40,171 nt of DNA from a virus (IMGVR_UViG_3300048796_000144:1-40171), one strand, 5' to 3'. Positions 8,459-17,444 are shown, counted from the stretch's first letter. The notes: generated by a model from the letters alone, not told the origin. Numbers and translations are program-made.

Positions 8459-8679
8459 CCCTCACGCTCCTGATCGACGGCCACGCAGTCCGGGCACATC
8501 TGATTGTTGCGACCGATCCACCAGCCCGCTTCCTTCGCCCTTCGCTTCAGTTCGCGCGTGGATATTGGATTGATGTACATCTGAGCTTCTTCGAGATCGT
8601 TGGACTCGAAGCCGGTGAAGCAGACATCGGCAAAGCCGTGCTCGTTGTCGCAGAAGAGGACGCTGGCTTTTCGGATCAT
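8455..8679 (-). CDS. Hypothetical Zn-ribbon protein
   Basis: Start 8679 after GGAGG; LFCD...RRAKEAGWW...MCPDC. Confidence 0.7.
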   Translation of the reverse strand: MIRKASVLFCDNEHGFADVCFTGFESNDLEEAQMYINPISTRELKRRAKEAGWWIGRNNQMCPDCVAVDQEREG

Positions 8680-8918
8680 CGCGCGGCCTCCGCCTCGACA
8701 TGCGAGAGCGAGATGCAACCGCTCACGCCTTCGAGCCAAACGACCGCCGTGTGACCACTGAGCATCTGAGCCTCGGTGCGTGTGCGAGCCAGCTTCCCTT
8801 CGCCTTCGCGCACCCCCTTCCAATAACGGCATAGCGTTCCGACCGTGTATGCGGCATTGAAGAGTCGCACCTGATCAATCTGACTGCGCTGATACTTCTT
8901 CTCCATCCGATCCATCAC
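8676..8918 (-). CDS. Hypothetical phage protein
   Basis: FNAAYTVGT...RTRTEAQMLSGHTAVVWLEGVSGCISLSHV; coupled on both sides. Confidence 0.7.
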   Translation of the reverse strand: MMDRMEKKYQRSQIDQVRLFNAAYTVGTLCRYWKGVREGEGKLARTRTEAQMLSGHTAVVWLEGVSGCISLSHVEAEAAR

Positions 8919-9394
8919 AGTGCAACCTCTCTTAGTTCCATCTCAATTTGTGCGAGCAGCGCGCCACGGCCGCCGCGGCGCATCTGGGCGACGACGCGCA
9001 GCATGGTAATGGCCTGCGCGAACATCTGCGCCGTGCTCTCGTCCGACTCTTCTTCGGTGGCCACCAGGTAGTAGCCGCCGCCCTCCGCGTCGCGGCTGGC
9101 GCCAAGCTGCACGCCAAACGACATCCGCAGATCCTGCACCAGGTCCTTCACCGCGCGCGAGGTCATGCCCATGCGCAGCGCAATCGTCATCAGCGGCACT
9201 GCGCGCCCTTTGCCCTGATGCGGACGCAGAAGCTGCAGCAACCGTCGCTGCGGCTCCTTCGTCGGCCAGGGAATGTTCCGGCCCGCGATCACGTCATCCA
9301 CGCGCATCAGCACGCGATCGGCGAAGGTCTCAAAGAGAGACCCGGCCGTCGAGTGCTGCTGCGAGGTGTAGGCGAATTCGGGATCGATGGGCAT
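8915..9394 (-). CDS. Winged-HTH protein
   Basis: LLQLLRPHQGKGRAVPLMTIALRMGMTSRAVKDLVQDLR...GGGYYLVATEEE. Confidence 0.7.
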   Translation of the reverse strand: MPIDPEFAYTSQQHSTAGSLFETFADRVLMRVDDVIAGRNIPWPTKEPQRRLLQLLRPHQGKGRAVPLMTIALRMGMTSRAVKDLVQDLRMSFGVQLGASRDAEGGGYYLVATEEESDESTAQMFAQAITMLRVVAQMRRGGRGALLAQIEMELREVAL

Positions 9395-9397
9395 GGG

Positions 9398-9428
9398 AGT
9401 GGTAAGTGTTCAGTGGTAAGTGGTAAGT
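9398..9428 (+). repeat. Intergenic heptamer tandem repeat (AGTGGTA)~4
   Basis: AGTGGTA AGTGTTC AGTGGTA AGTGGTA AGT. Confidence 0.85.
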
Positions 9429-9724
9429 CAGTCCAGGTCTTCGACGCCGGCGAGGACTGCGGTGCCTCGCTGGGCGGCCGGCAGCAGGTTGTAGATCTTG
9501 TCGAGCTGTGGGACGGAGATCTCGCAGGTGACGTAGACCGGGGCTTCGTCCTCAAGCTGCTGGTCGATGACGATGGGCCTCTCGCGCTTCGCCAGGGCCG
9601 TGGTTCCTTTGCCGGGCTTCTTCTTGTGGCTCAGCTCCGCGGGCTTATGGCCGCGGATGTATTCCCACTTGTTGGTCGACGGCATCTCGGTGCCGCATCC
9701 GCACTTGCAAAGTCTCAGTTCCAT
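9428..9724 (-). CDS. Hypothetical protein with CxCGCG...GH Zn motif
   Basis: Start 9724 after GAAAGGA; MELRLCKCGCGTEMP...YIRGH. Confidence 0.7.
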   Translation of the reverse strand: MELRLCKCGCGTEMPSTNKWEYIRGHKPAELSHKKKPGKGTTALAKRERPIVIDQQLEDEAPVYVTCEISVPQLDKIYNLLPAAQRGTAVLAGVEDLD

Positions 9725-9741
9725 CGGGCGATTCCTTTCGG

Positions 9742-10146
9742 TTACTGCTGGGTTGGGTTTGCCGCCGGAAGGTTGGCGGTGATTCCTTTGGCCGCGAGTA
9801 CCTGCTGCGCCGACTGCAACATCAGCTCGACCTTGGCGGCCTGGGCGTCCATCATGATCTTGCCGGCGGTCTGGATCGTGGACATGCCCGCAACCCACGC
9901 CGGGTTGATGCTGGCGGGCGTGTCGGCATCCAGCGCGCCTTCCAGGTGCAGCTCGTAGAGCGCGGCCTTGTCTTCGGGCTTCAGCTCCGCCCACCAGGTG
10001 TCGAGCGTGGCCTCGGTGTGGCAGATCGCCGTGTCGCCGTCCAGCACGACGGAGAAGATGGAATCCTTCGTCCGGACTCCGCCAATGACGTTCATGCGCT
10101 GGGTGATGCGCCGGGCTGTAGTTCGAGAACGGTACGAAGTACTCAT
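9742..10146 (-). CDS. Hypothetical protein; its start is formed by the dispersed repeat
   Basis: ATGA-coupled ORF beginning MSTSYRSR. Confidence 0.6.
   Translation of the reverse strand: MSTSYRSRTTARRITQRMNVIGGVRTKDSIFSVVLDGDTAICHTEATLDTWWAELKPEDKAALYELHLEGALDADTPASINPAWVAGMSTIQTAGKIMMDAQAAKVELMLQSAQQVLAAKGITANLPAANPTQQ
10123..10145 (-). repeat. Mini-hairpin dispersed repeat, copy 2 (first hairpin only)
   Basis: TGAGTACTTCGTACCGTTCTCGA on the minus strand, identical to 17387-17409. Confidence 0.85.
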
Positions 10147-10406
10147 CGGCTGGCCTCGCTCTCAGAGAACATGGTGATCCAGTTCTGGTTCTTGGGGTGG
10201 CGTTCGAGCAGGCCGCGTGCTTTGAGATAAAGCACAGCATCCTTGGTGATCTCGCTATCGGGAACGATCTCGAACCAGTGGGGCGTGTACTCCGGGACCT
10301 GGTCGCTAACCTCGACGCAGTTGGAGTCGATGACGCTGGTCGCGTGCTCGAAGGCGAGCGAATGGCCGAGGCGGTTCAGATCTGCGAGCAACATGGGCTC
10401 AGACAT
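10143..10406 (-). CDS. Hypothetical protein
   Basis: 87 aa, coupled; DAVLYLKARGLLERHP. Confidence 0.65.
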   Translation of the reverse strand: MSEPMLLADLNRLGHSLAFEHATSVIDSNCVEVSDQVPEYTPHWFEIVPDSEITKDAVLYLKARGLLERHPKNQNWITMFSESEASR

Positions 10407-10999
10407 CAGGCGGCCTGCTTTCCGGCGCGGGCCTTCTTCGCAGGCTTGGGCGGAGCGATGCGCTTCACGCGGACTGAGGGGGCCTTCTTCTTCGTGCTAA
10501 AGCAGGCGTTGTAGAGGTTGGTGAGCTTCACAAAGAGCCGCTCTGACAGCCTGGCGATGCGGAGTTGCTCGGCTGCGCCCTTCTTGTGGGTGTACTCGGC
10601 ATGCTCCTCGAACATCGCGACGAAGAGATCGGCACGTTTATTCGCGACGCAGGCGTTACGAAAGTCGCGCACAGCTTCGTCCTTCTGTGAAGTGGTATTA
10701 CCCCACGTTGCAGTCGCTTCAGTGATGCGGCCCTCGATTCGCATGGACGATTCCGCCCCGGCTGGAACTGCGCCAAACGTCTTGGCAAGATAGATCAGCC
10801 ATGCCTGCTCGTCCTTCAGCATCTGGTCGGCAAGTTCGGCGCGCGCCTCGATCGCTTCGTAGCTGGTGATCCAGCCGTCGATCTCTTCGAGCGATGGCGT
10901 AGTGCCGACGGGCTTGCCGCAGGCGGCGCTCTTCGCGCGGAGGTGAGCCGCGTAGCGCTCGGGCGGCGTCAATGGTTTAGTTTCAAGTTCAGTGGTCAT
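10406..10999 (-). CDS. Hypothetical early protein (possibly Gam/DUF3164-like by position and helical character)
   Basis: AAGGAG SD; 197 aa, coiled N-half, Lys-rich tail; near MuB. Confidence 0.55.
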   Translation of the reverse strand: MTTELETKPLTPPERYAAHLRAKSAACGKPVGTTPSLEEIDGWITSYEAIEARAELADQMLKDEQAWLIYLAKTFGAVPAGAESSMRIEGRITEATATWGNTTSQKDEAVRDFRNACVANKRADLFVAMFEEHAEYTHKKGAAEQLRIARLSERLFVKLTNLYNACFSTKKKAPSVRVKRIAPPKPAKKARAGKQAA

Positions 11000-11008
11000 G
11001 GGACTCCT

Positions 11009-11296
11009 TTAGTTGAGTTGGGGGCATAGCTGGACTGGGAAGCGGGCGGCTTCGGCGAGTTCGACTTCGGCCTCATGCGCCAGGCGGAAGTTGCGGGAGT
11101 GCAGGTAACGTTCGGTCAGCGCCAGTGCCGATCCCTCACCACAGGCAAAGACGGTGTGCGGCCGCTCATAATCCAGGTCGCAGCCGCGCTCCGGAGCGGT
11201 GATGCGGAGATCGCCGTCGGAGTCGATCCAGAGGGCGCGCCAGTTCTTGTCGACCGGCTCATTGCGAAGGCAGGCGGAGCAGAAGGCAGTCTTCAT
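11009..11296 (-). CDS. Hypothetical Zn-binding protein
   Basis: Start 11296 (TGATG); FCSAC...W...FACGEGS. Confidence 0.65.
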   Translation of the reverse strand: MKTAFCSACLRNEPVDKNWRALWIDSDGDLRITAPERGCDLDYERPHTVFACGEGSALALTERYLHSRNFRLAHEAEVELAEAARFPVQLCPQLN

Positions 11297-11664
11297 CAGT
11301 TGCCGCCGAGATTGAAGCGGCCCTGCAGCCAGGCGTCGGTGACGATGTACGCCATGTAGAGGATGAAGCCGGTGAGCGCGAAGCCCGAGATAGTTCCGAT
11401 CCAGATGTCGAGGCGCTTCCAGTCGACGGAATCCATCCAGCGCTCGATCCGCGCGTTCAGACGGATGGCCCAGCGGCGGAAGCGCGAGCGGTCGAGTTCG
11501 CAGACCAGCTGGCGAATCTGCTCGTCGGTAGGCTCGCTGACGGAGATCACCGGATGGCCGAGGATCTTCTCCCATTTGGCTTTGTCGGTTCCAGCCTGGG
11601 CGAGCTGCTGGTCCAGGTACTTGTCGACGTTGAAGTGGCGATGGGTGCGAGATGCAGTGATCAT
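11296..11664 (-). CDS. Hypothetical membrane protein
   Basis: C-terminal TM IWIGTISGFALTGFILYMAYIV; ATGA overlap with MuB. Confidence 0.7.
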   Translation of the reverse strand: MITASRTHRHFNVDKYLDQQLAQAGTDKAKWEKILGHPVISVSEPTDEQIRQLVCELDRSRFRRWAIRLNARIERWMDSVDWKRLDIWIGTISGFALTGFILYMAYIVTDAWLQGRFNLGGN

Positions 11665-12731
11665 GCGGCGCTCTCTTTCTGCGACGCCGGTTGGCTACCC
11701 GGCTGCCGCTGTGCTGGGCTGTTGTTCTGCTGAAGGCTCTGCTGGATTCCCTCGATCGTGAAGAAGAGATCGCGGGCGGAGATGTACTGGAAGCTGCGCG
11801 GTGTCAGCTTGCCACCCGCCTTCTGCATGCGGCTGGCGGTGGCGAAGCAGCCGTCGATCACGCCGTCGCACTGCGCGTCCGAGTGCGCGCCCAGCAGCGG
11901 TTCGAGTTCCGCGCGGAGGATGGCGCGGGCTTCGGCGATCGACGGGCCGTCGAGGTACAGCGTCTTGCGCACGCGCGAGCGCCACTGCTCCATCTGCCAG
12001 TGGGAGAGGCGCTGCGTCAGATCGTGGCTGCCTGAGAGGATGACGCCGAAGTGTGGCGGCAGGTCCAGCAGCTGGCGAAGTACTTCCAGTCCCTTGTGGT
12101 CCAGGTGCTGTGCCTCGTCGATGATCAGAAGAACGCGGCCGGTGGCCAGGAAGAATCGCAGCTTGCGAATCAGCTGATCGATCATGCCGCGCGAGCTGAT
12201 GCCGGCGGTGTTGCAGATCTCCTGCAGGAACGCCTGCGGCGAATGATCGATGCGGGCGTAGACATACACGGCCCTGGTGCCGTCTTCCCGGTTATTGATC
12301 TCGCGCTCGATCGCGCGCAGCGAGAAGGTCTTCTGCGTTCCCGGAGGTCCGTCGATCAGGTAGGCGCTGCCGCGCTCCAGCGCGTTCAGGCAGGCGCGGC
12401 GCACGGCCTTGAAGTCTTCCGTGGGGTGCGCGGGCCGCTGCTGCAGGCCAACCATCGCGCCCTCGTGCAGGTCCATGAACTGCTTCAGCGCGTGGCGGAT
12501 GGCGCGGGTATTGGCGGTGGATGCGGAGTCGGGCCGTTCCGTCAGGTTGTCGCCGTAGCGGCCATTCAGGTAGACGTGCAGCGAGGACTCGGCATAGCCG
12601 ATCGCGACGGAGAACTCGCCGACAGTGAGGCCGGTGCGGGTGCGGAACGAGATGGCCCGCTTCACCGTCTCGGCGTCCGAGGGCAGCGTCATGCGCGCCA
12701 GTTCGAGTTTGCGTTCCTTAGAGAGAGCCAT
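11661..12731 (-). CDS. MuB-like AAA+ DNA transposition protein
   Basis: N-terminal HTH (IGYAESSLHVYLNGRY), Walker A GPPGTQKT, Walker B LLIIDEAQHL, directly after transposase. Confidence 0.93.
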   Translation of the reverse strand: MALSKERKLELARMTLPSDAETVKRAISFRTRTGLTVGEFSVAIGYAESSLHVYLNGRYGDNLTERPDSASTANTRAIRHALKQFMDLHEGAMVGLQQRPAHPTEDFKAVRRACLNALERGSAYLIDGPPGTQKTFSLRAIEREINNREDGTRAVYVYARIDHSPQAFLQEICNTAGISSRGMIDQLIRKLRFFLATGRVLLIIDEAQHLDHKGLEVLRQLLDLPPHFGVILSGSHDLTQRLSHWQMEQWRSRVRKTLYLDGPSIAEARAILRAELEPLLGAHSDAQCDGVIDGCFATASRMQKAGGKLTPRSFQYISARDLFFTIEGIQQSLQQNNSPAQRQPGSQPASQKESAA

Positions 12732-14850
12732 GGTTTCCCTTCAAATTCATCCGCTCGAAGTACTGGGCGGCGTTGTCCTCGGAGTGGGTGTCCTTCATCC
12801 CGGCGTCGGCGATGGGCCGCTCGGCCGAGAGGGTGACAGACTGGCCAACTGCATGCGGCAGCGCAATGCGCTCGCGGAGCTGGTCTTCGATGGTGGTGAA
12901 TCCGCCAGCGGTCCGAACGCGGCGGCTGAGCGCGGCCGTCGATTCGCGCACTGCCTTGCGCAGGCCGTTGCGGTTGGTGATGAAGCCCTTGATGTGGTCG
13001 CGGGTCTGGGTGTCATCGCTGAAGCGCATCAGGTCTTCGCGCTGCAGGCGGCAGATGAAGTTCAGGTCGTCGTCGAGCACGGCAACGTACATCGGCTCCA
13101 GCGGATCGTAGGCGATGGTGACGCGGCGTCCGCTGCGCTCGTGCATCTGCAGGTTGGCGTAGTGGTCAGCCAGCTCAGGCACAAAACGGGCGCCAGAGAT
13201 CTCGACCGCACAGTTCATCACTTTGCGGGATGTTCTTTCGCACAGCAGCGTGGCCAGCAGCGCGGGCTCGGGGCAGGTGCGCTGGATGGGGTTGGCCTCG
13301 GCTGCGAAGACCTGGGCAGGCGTGCGCCCGTCCATGCCTTTGCCATCCTGCGGCTGCTGGTGGTACCACTCCTCGATCCACGCCTCGGCCATGGCGATGA
13401 AGTCGCTGGCCAGTGGAAGCTGCGACTCGGCCGCGCGCCCCATCTGTAGCAGCTTGCCGTGACGGGCGAGAGCTGCGGTGGCGGCGTCCGGCCGCAGATG
13501 GGTTGCGCCCGCGGTGTAGCTGATGAAGGCCTTGTCGAAGCGCTCGTGCACGGTCAGGTGGTAGCGCTCGATGTGCTTGGCCTGGGGATGGTACGGCGTG
13601 CAGTATGTCACCGGGATGCCCAGGCGCTGCATCACCGAGGTTCCGAGCTGTTGCGCTTCCGTGACGCAGGCCGCGGCGGCGGCAGCCATGGCTTCCATGT
13701 CGCGGGGACGTGCGCCGCGTGCCACCTTGCGATAGTCCTTGCCGTTATCGCAGTAGAAGTGTTCGGGCAGTCCGTGCTGCTGGAACGCCCGCAACAGCGC
13801 CCGCTTGATGCTGTGGCTGCTGCCGTTCTCGCACCAGTTGACGCCGACGACGTAGCGGCTGCGGTAGTCCAGCAGCGTGGTCATCTGCAGGCGGATGTGT
13901 TCCAGGCCGCGCTCGCCGAAGATGTCGTTCTGCACCAGGACGTCGTGGATCATGTGGTCCGACACCCAGATGGAGTTGGCGGCCTCGGTGTATCCGCGCT
14001 GCATGTAGGGCGCGCACTGGGCGTCGTATTTCTTGCGGCCTTCGCGGTTGTAGAGCCGCATCGAGGGCGAGATCTCTTCCGGGTTGCCCAGGAAGGCGCG
14101 GATGGTCTCGTACGAAGGCGAGGGCAGGCCCAGGCGCTCGGCGCGCTCGCAGACGTGCTCCCAGGCGACGGTCTTCGATTGGGCAGGCTGCTCGGGCGTA
14201 CCCATATAGACCAGGGCGGCGAGGTCTGCGAGTTCCCGGTTTTCGGAAGCCCAGGCGCTGCGGTTCTTGTCGTGGCGGGGCTTGCGCGCCAGGGCGAAGC
14301 TGCCGGCGGCCTCAAACTTGCGTTTCCAGTTCCAGATGGTGGAGGCGGAGACGTTGTGCTGCTCGGCCAGGAAGCAGGCCAGCGATGCGGAGTTTTGGAC
14401 GGCGGCTCCGTTCGCCAGGCGGAGCTGGTGGAACTTGGCGCGGCAGCCGCGATCGCGGAGGTACTCGACCAGTGGCTTCAGGATGGCGATGCGCTCGGCG
14501 GCTTCCTTCTCCTGGTCGCGGTGCAGCGCTACGCGGATGGTCTGGACGGCAACCGAGGCGGTGTTGCCCGCGTCAGCAAAGAGCGGCGTAAGACTCAAGG
14601 GCGAGTCGGCTGGGCGCCTTTCAGGTATCTCTTCAGGCTGTCCGGGCTCTCTGTTGCCGTCCAGATATTTTGCGCGGGCGTCATCGGGCAAAGACGCGAG
14701 CGAATATTCCTTCACCGGCTGGCCGCGATATGTTTTGCTGGCGCTGTCGCGGCCTTCAATTGCCCCGGCTGCGGCGGCGCGGCGAAGATGGCGTTCGCTC
14801 CAGCCAGTCAGATCGCAGACCTCTTCTTTAGTCAGCCAGGGAGATTTCAT
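12718..14850 (-). CDS. MuA-like DDE transposase
   Basis: N-terminal WLTKEEVCDLTGWSERHLRR Mu DNA-binding domain; WVSDH, FYCDNGKDY, YHPQAKHIER catalytic motifs; HQQPQDGKGMDGRTP; IAYDP C-terminal domain. Confidence 0.95.
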   Translation of the reverse strand: MKSPWLTKEEVCDLTGWSERHLRRAAAAGAIEGRDSASKTYRGQPVKEYSLASLPDDARAKYLDGNREPGQPEEIPERRPADSPLSLTPLFADAGNTASVAVQTIRVALHRDQEKEAAERIAILKPLVEYLRDRGCRAKFHQLRLANGAAVQNSASLACFLAEQHNVSASTIWNWKRKFEAAGSFALARKPRHDKNRSAWASENRELADLAALVYMGTPEQPAQSKTVAWEHVCERAERLGLPSPSYETIRAFLGNPEEISPSMRLYNREGRKKYDAQCAPYMQRGYTEAANSIWVSDHMIHDVLVQNDIFGERGLEHIRLQMTTLLDYRSRYVVGVNWCENGSSHSIKRALLRAFQQHGLPEHFYCDNGKDYRKVARGARPRDMEAMAAAAAACVTEAQQLGTSVMQRLGIPVTYCTPYHPQAKHIERYHLTVHERFDKAFISYTAGATHLRPDAATAALARHGKLLQMGRAAESQLPLASDFIAMAEAWIEEWYHQQPQDGKGMDGRTPAQVFAAEANPIQRTCPEPALLATLLCERTSRKVMNCAVEISGARFVPELADHYANLQMHERSGRRVTIAYDPLEPMYVAVLDDDLNFICRLQREDLMRFSDDTQTRDHIKGFITNRNGLRKAVRESTAALSRRVRTAGGFTTIEDQLRERIALPHAVGQSVTLSAERPIADAGMKDTHSEDNAAQYFERMNLKGNHGSL

Positions 14851-15335
14851 TTGACCCTCCCGTGCAGGCGGCGCTGGAGGATTTCGATCTGCTCCTCGGC
14901 CTGGTTACGCTGGAGGAAGGCGCGGCCAAGCTCGATCAATTCCGACTCTTCCGCGCTGACGACCCGGAATCCATTCAGCTCGGCCAGGCAATGCAGGACG
15001 CGGGTATCGCCGGTGGCCACGCAGAAGGCCCTCGTCAGCTCGGCGGGGAAGAGATAGTCTTCCTTCGATTCGGCGGTGTAGCCGTTCAGCATCCGCTCCG
15101 TTACCTTGCGGCCGGTGAGGAAGGTCATCTCGTCGGCAATCTGGGCGCGGCTCTTGCCGCTGGCGCGGATGGACTCGGCGAGCGCGGTCCGCACGCAGGG
15201 GGCGTCGTTGAGGCTGCCCTGCGGTGGCGCGCCGTGCAGTTCTAGCTGGGTTGGCTGATTACCCGTAAGAAATTCCCGCGTATTTGGGGTAGACCCTGCA
15301 CTGGAAGTGGTGCGACGGTTAGTGCGTGGAGTCAT
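14847..15335 (-). CDS. CII-like/HTH regulatory protein preceding transposase
   Basis: SGKSRAQIADEMTFLTGRKVTERMLNGYTAESKEDYLFPAELTRAFCVATGD, a pattern seen upstream of A in Mu-like phages. Confidence 0.7.
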   Translation of the reverse strand: MTPRTNRRTTSSAGSTPNTREFLTGNQPTQLELHGAPPQGSLNDAPCVRTALAESIRASGKSRAQIADEMTFLTGRKVTERMLNGYTAESKEDYLFPAELTRAFCVATGDTRVLHCLAELNGFRVVSAEESELIELGRAFLQRNQAEEQIEILQRRLHGRVK

Positions 15336-15411
15336 AGTCCACGCTCGTTTCCGCGGCCAAGAGCAGCTCCGCCGCGCGGCCCTGCTAGTTCAGGAGGTAC
15401 GAACGATGGCA

Positions 15412-15651
15412 TCACGCAGCACGCTCCCCCAAATTGACCTGCTTCAGGGCCAGCCGTTCGCGGCGGCGCTTCTCCGTTTTCAGCGCCTGGGATACGCGCT
15501 TGCTCGTACGATTTCCGAACGCAACCTGACGGACGTGTTCGTGAGACAGGCCCAGCCGATGCGCGACGGAGGAGCAGAGGCCCCGCATCGGGTCAGGTCT
15601 AAGAATCTGAATACCTTTTGGCGTAGAATCCACGGTGAGAATCAACCTCAA
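15412..15651 (-). CDS. Cro/Ner-like small HTH repressor (start uncertain)
   Basis: SSVAHRLGLSHEHVRQVAFGNRTSKRVSQAL; divergent from repressor. Confidence 0.7.
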   Translation of the reverse strand: MRLILTVDSTPKGIQILRPDPMRGLCSSVAHRLGLSHEHVRQVAFGNRTSKRVSQALKTEKRRRERLALKQVNLGERAA

Positions 15652-15656
15652 AAAGG

Positions 15657-15685
15657 ACGATACGCGCTTCCGTTTATGCCGTCAA
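15657..15685 (-). promoter_or_regulatory. Early promoter (sigma70-type)
   Basis: Minus strand TTGACG (15685-15680) - 17 nt - TATCGT (15662-15657); nearby ACGCG-core direct repeats and AAACGCGTTT palindrome (15692-15701) as candidate operators. Confidence 0.65.
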
Positions 15686-16380
15686 GAACAAAAACGCGTT
15701 TACGTGTTTCGGCTGATCTACGCCCTGAGATAGCTCAGGCGTTGAAGGCTGCGCGGGGGGCGTTGGGGTATAAGCAGACGGACTTAGCAGCGCTGCTGGG
15801 CTGTTCGCAGGGAACGATTACCCGGTGGGAGCGGGCAATCGACAGCCCGCCGATCTCAGCGATCACGATTCTCTCGCGCATTGTGCCCGAGGAGCAGCGA
15901 GCCTTCTGGCTGGAAGCGGGCGCAATTCAAGACAGCGCCCCGGCGGAGTTGAAGGATACCCGAGAGGTTTCATTGCTGCGTGATCCCGCAGCCTGTGGCA
16001 CTCCGCGCGCGCTCGACGAGAGGGAAATCGAAGATGTGATTTCCTTTCCACGTAAGTGGCTGCCGCGGGGTGGCTCGATCTGCGCGATCCGGGTGACGGG
16101 CGATTCTATGTCACCGATTCTGCAGGAGGGATATATCGCACTGATCGACACGTCCCGGCGCGACGTGAAGTCGCTGGAGAACTGCATGGTAGCCGCGCGG
16201 GACGGAGACGGCGTAACCCTGAAGTGGCTGCGAAAGCAGGGCCAGATGTATCTATTAGTTCCGGAATACACCTCGCAGCGGCATCCGGTGATGGTGTGGA
16301 CCAACTCCGACGACAAGGCTATCGTGGGTGAGGTCGTGAAGTGGATCGGCGAGCCCCACGCCACCCGAAAGAGAAAGTAG
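15676..16380 (+). CDS. CI/LexA-type immunity repressor (XRE HTH + S24 autopeptidase domain)
   Basis: LKAARGALGYKQTDLAALLGCSQGTITRWE; PAACG candidate cleavage site; RVTGDSMSP (Ser) and VTLKWL (Lys). Confidence 0.92.
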   Translation: MPSRTKTRLRVSADLRPEIAQALKAARGALGYKQTDLAALLGCSQGTITRWERAIDSPPISAITILSRIVPEEQRAFWLEAGAIQDSAPAELKDTREVSLLRDPAACGTPRALDEREIEDVISFPRKWLPRGGSICAIRVTGDSMSPILQEGYIALIDTSRRDVKSLENCMVAARDGDGVTLKWLRKQGQMYLLVPEYTSQRHPVMVWTNSDDKAIVGEVVKWIGEPHATRKRK

Positions 16381-16385
16381 AACGA

Positions 16386-16655
16386 ATGGCGCTGTGCGAG
16401 TACTGCTCTAAGCCCGCTGGATTTGGCAAGGTGTTCCATCCCGATTGCAAGAAAGCCGCGATGGATGCGCCTCAGCCGCCTCCGGCGTCGGCTCAACCTC
16501 TGACGACGGAACAGATCCACGCCCGCGAACTGGTAGCCCGGCTTGAGCCTGCGCTGAAGCGGGCCGTCTACCGCGGCGTGCTGTTGGCGATGTTGACGAT
16601 GACTGGGATCTGGATCGTGCTCGGCATGATCGTTGGAATTCTGCGGTCGATGTAG
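16386..16655 (+). CDS. Small Zn-finger + C-terminal TM protein co-transcribed with repressor
   Basis: MALCEYC...HPDC; GVLLAMLTMTGIWIVLGMIVGIL. Confidence 0.7.
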   Translation: MALCEYCSKPAGFGKVFHPDCKKAAMDAPQPPPASAQPLTTEQIHARELVARLEPALKRAVYRGVLLAMLTMTGIWIVLGMIVGILRSM

Positions 16656-16685
16656 CTCCAACCACCTCAATTCGCTCCAAGCTTG

Positions 16686-16715
16686 CGCCGTTCTCTATCA
16701 GGGAGCGGCGTTTCT
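16686..16715 (+). terminator. Probable intrinsic terminator of repressor operon
   Basis: CGCCGTTCTC-TATCA-GGGAGCGGCG followed by TTTCT. Confidence 0.55.
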
Positions 16716-16873
16716 GCGTGTGCGCTTTAGCTTCATTCCAGGCCAGAACGGCAGGGAACTCACAATCTGATTCTGAAAGGAATTCAGTTGTCGGGCGATC
16801 CCAGAGCGCAATACGCGGTAGGCAGTTACGGCCTCATGGGTTCGTAACTGCCCGGCCCGCGTAGAGGATTTCG

Positions 16874-17389
16874 ATGGCGAGCGAGGATCAGTTGAGCAGG
16901 CTCCATGCAGTGGTTCCGGCCGCCCAGGCCGCGCAGAAGAAGTGGCACGTTCCAGCCTCCATCACGCTCGCCCAATGGTGCCTGGAGAGTTCGTGGGGCA
17001 TCAGCGAACTGGCGCTGAAGGCGCACAACTACTTCGGCGTGAAGGCCTCGCACCTCAACGTCCCCGAGACCTACGAAGAGTTCCCCACCGAGGAATACAT
17101 CTCGGGCCGCAGGACGCTGGTCCACGCGCTGTTCGAGAAGTACTTCGACGCGGCCGACAGCTTCTACGATCACGGCATGCTGCTGTCCACCGCGCGGCGC
17201 TACCGCTTCGCCATGCTGCACGCCGCCAGCCCGGAAGACTTTGCCGCATGCCTGCAGACGGCCGGCTACTCCACGTCGCCCACCTACGCGCAGATGCTGA
17301 TCGAGCTGATGCACGACTACGACCTGCACCAGTACGACCTTCCGCCGGACGATCCGGCGAAGGCGCAAGAACAAGGAGTGGCAGCGTGA
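16874..17389 (+). CDS. Endolysin, GH73 glucosaminidase (FlgJ-like)
   Basis: ASITLAQWCLESSWG...HNYFGVKA...GYSTSPTY. Confidence 0.9.
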   Translation: MASEDQLSRLHAVVPAAQAAQKKWHVPASITLAQWCLESSWGISELALKAHNYFGVKASHLNVPETYEEFPTEEYISGRRTLVHALFEKYFDAADSFYDHGMLLSTARRYRFAMLHAASPEDFAACLQTAGYSTSPTYAQMLIELMHDYDLHQYDLPPDDPAKAQEQGVAA

Positions 17390-17430
17390 GTACTTCGTAC
17401 CGTTCTCGACGCGCTCTCGCGCGTGAAAGC
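17387..17430 (+). repeat. Twin hairpin dispersed repeat, copy 3
   Basis: GTAC-TTC-GTAC CGTTCTCG ACGCGC-TCTC-GCGCGT GAAAGC. Confidence 0.85.
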
Positions 17431-17444
17431 GATAGGTGGAACCA

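Noticed and set aside
15307-15675. 357-aa N-terminally extended repressor from the ORF track
   Set aside because: Extension overlaps the Cro/Ner-like gene and early promoter on the other strand; the HTH begins after ATG 15676
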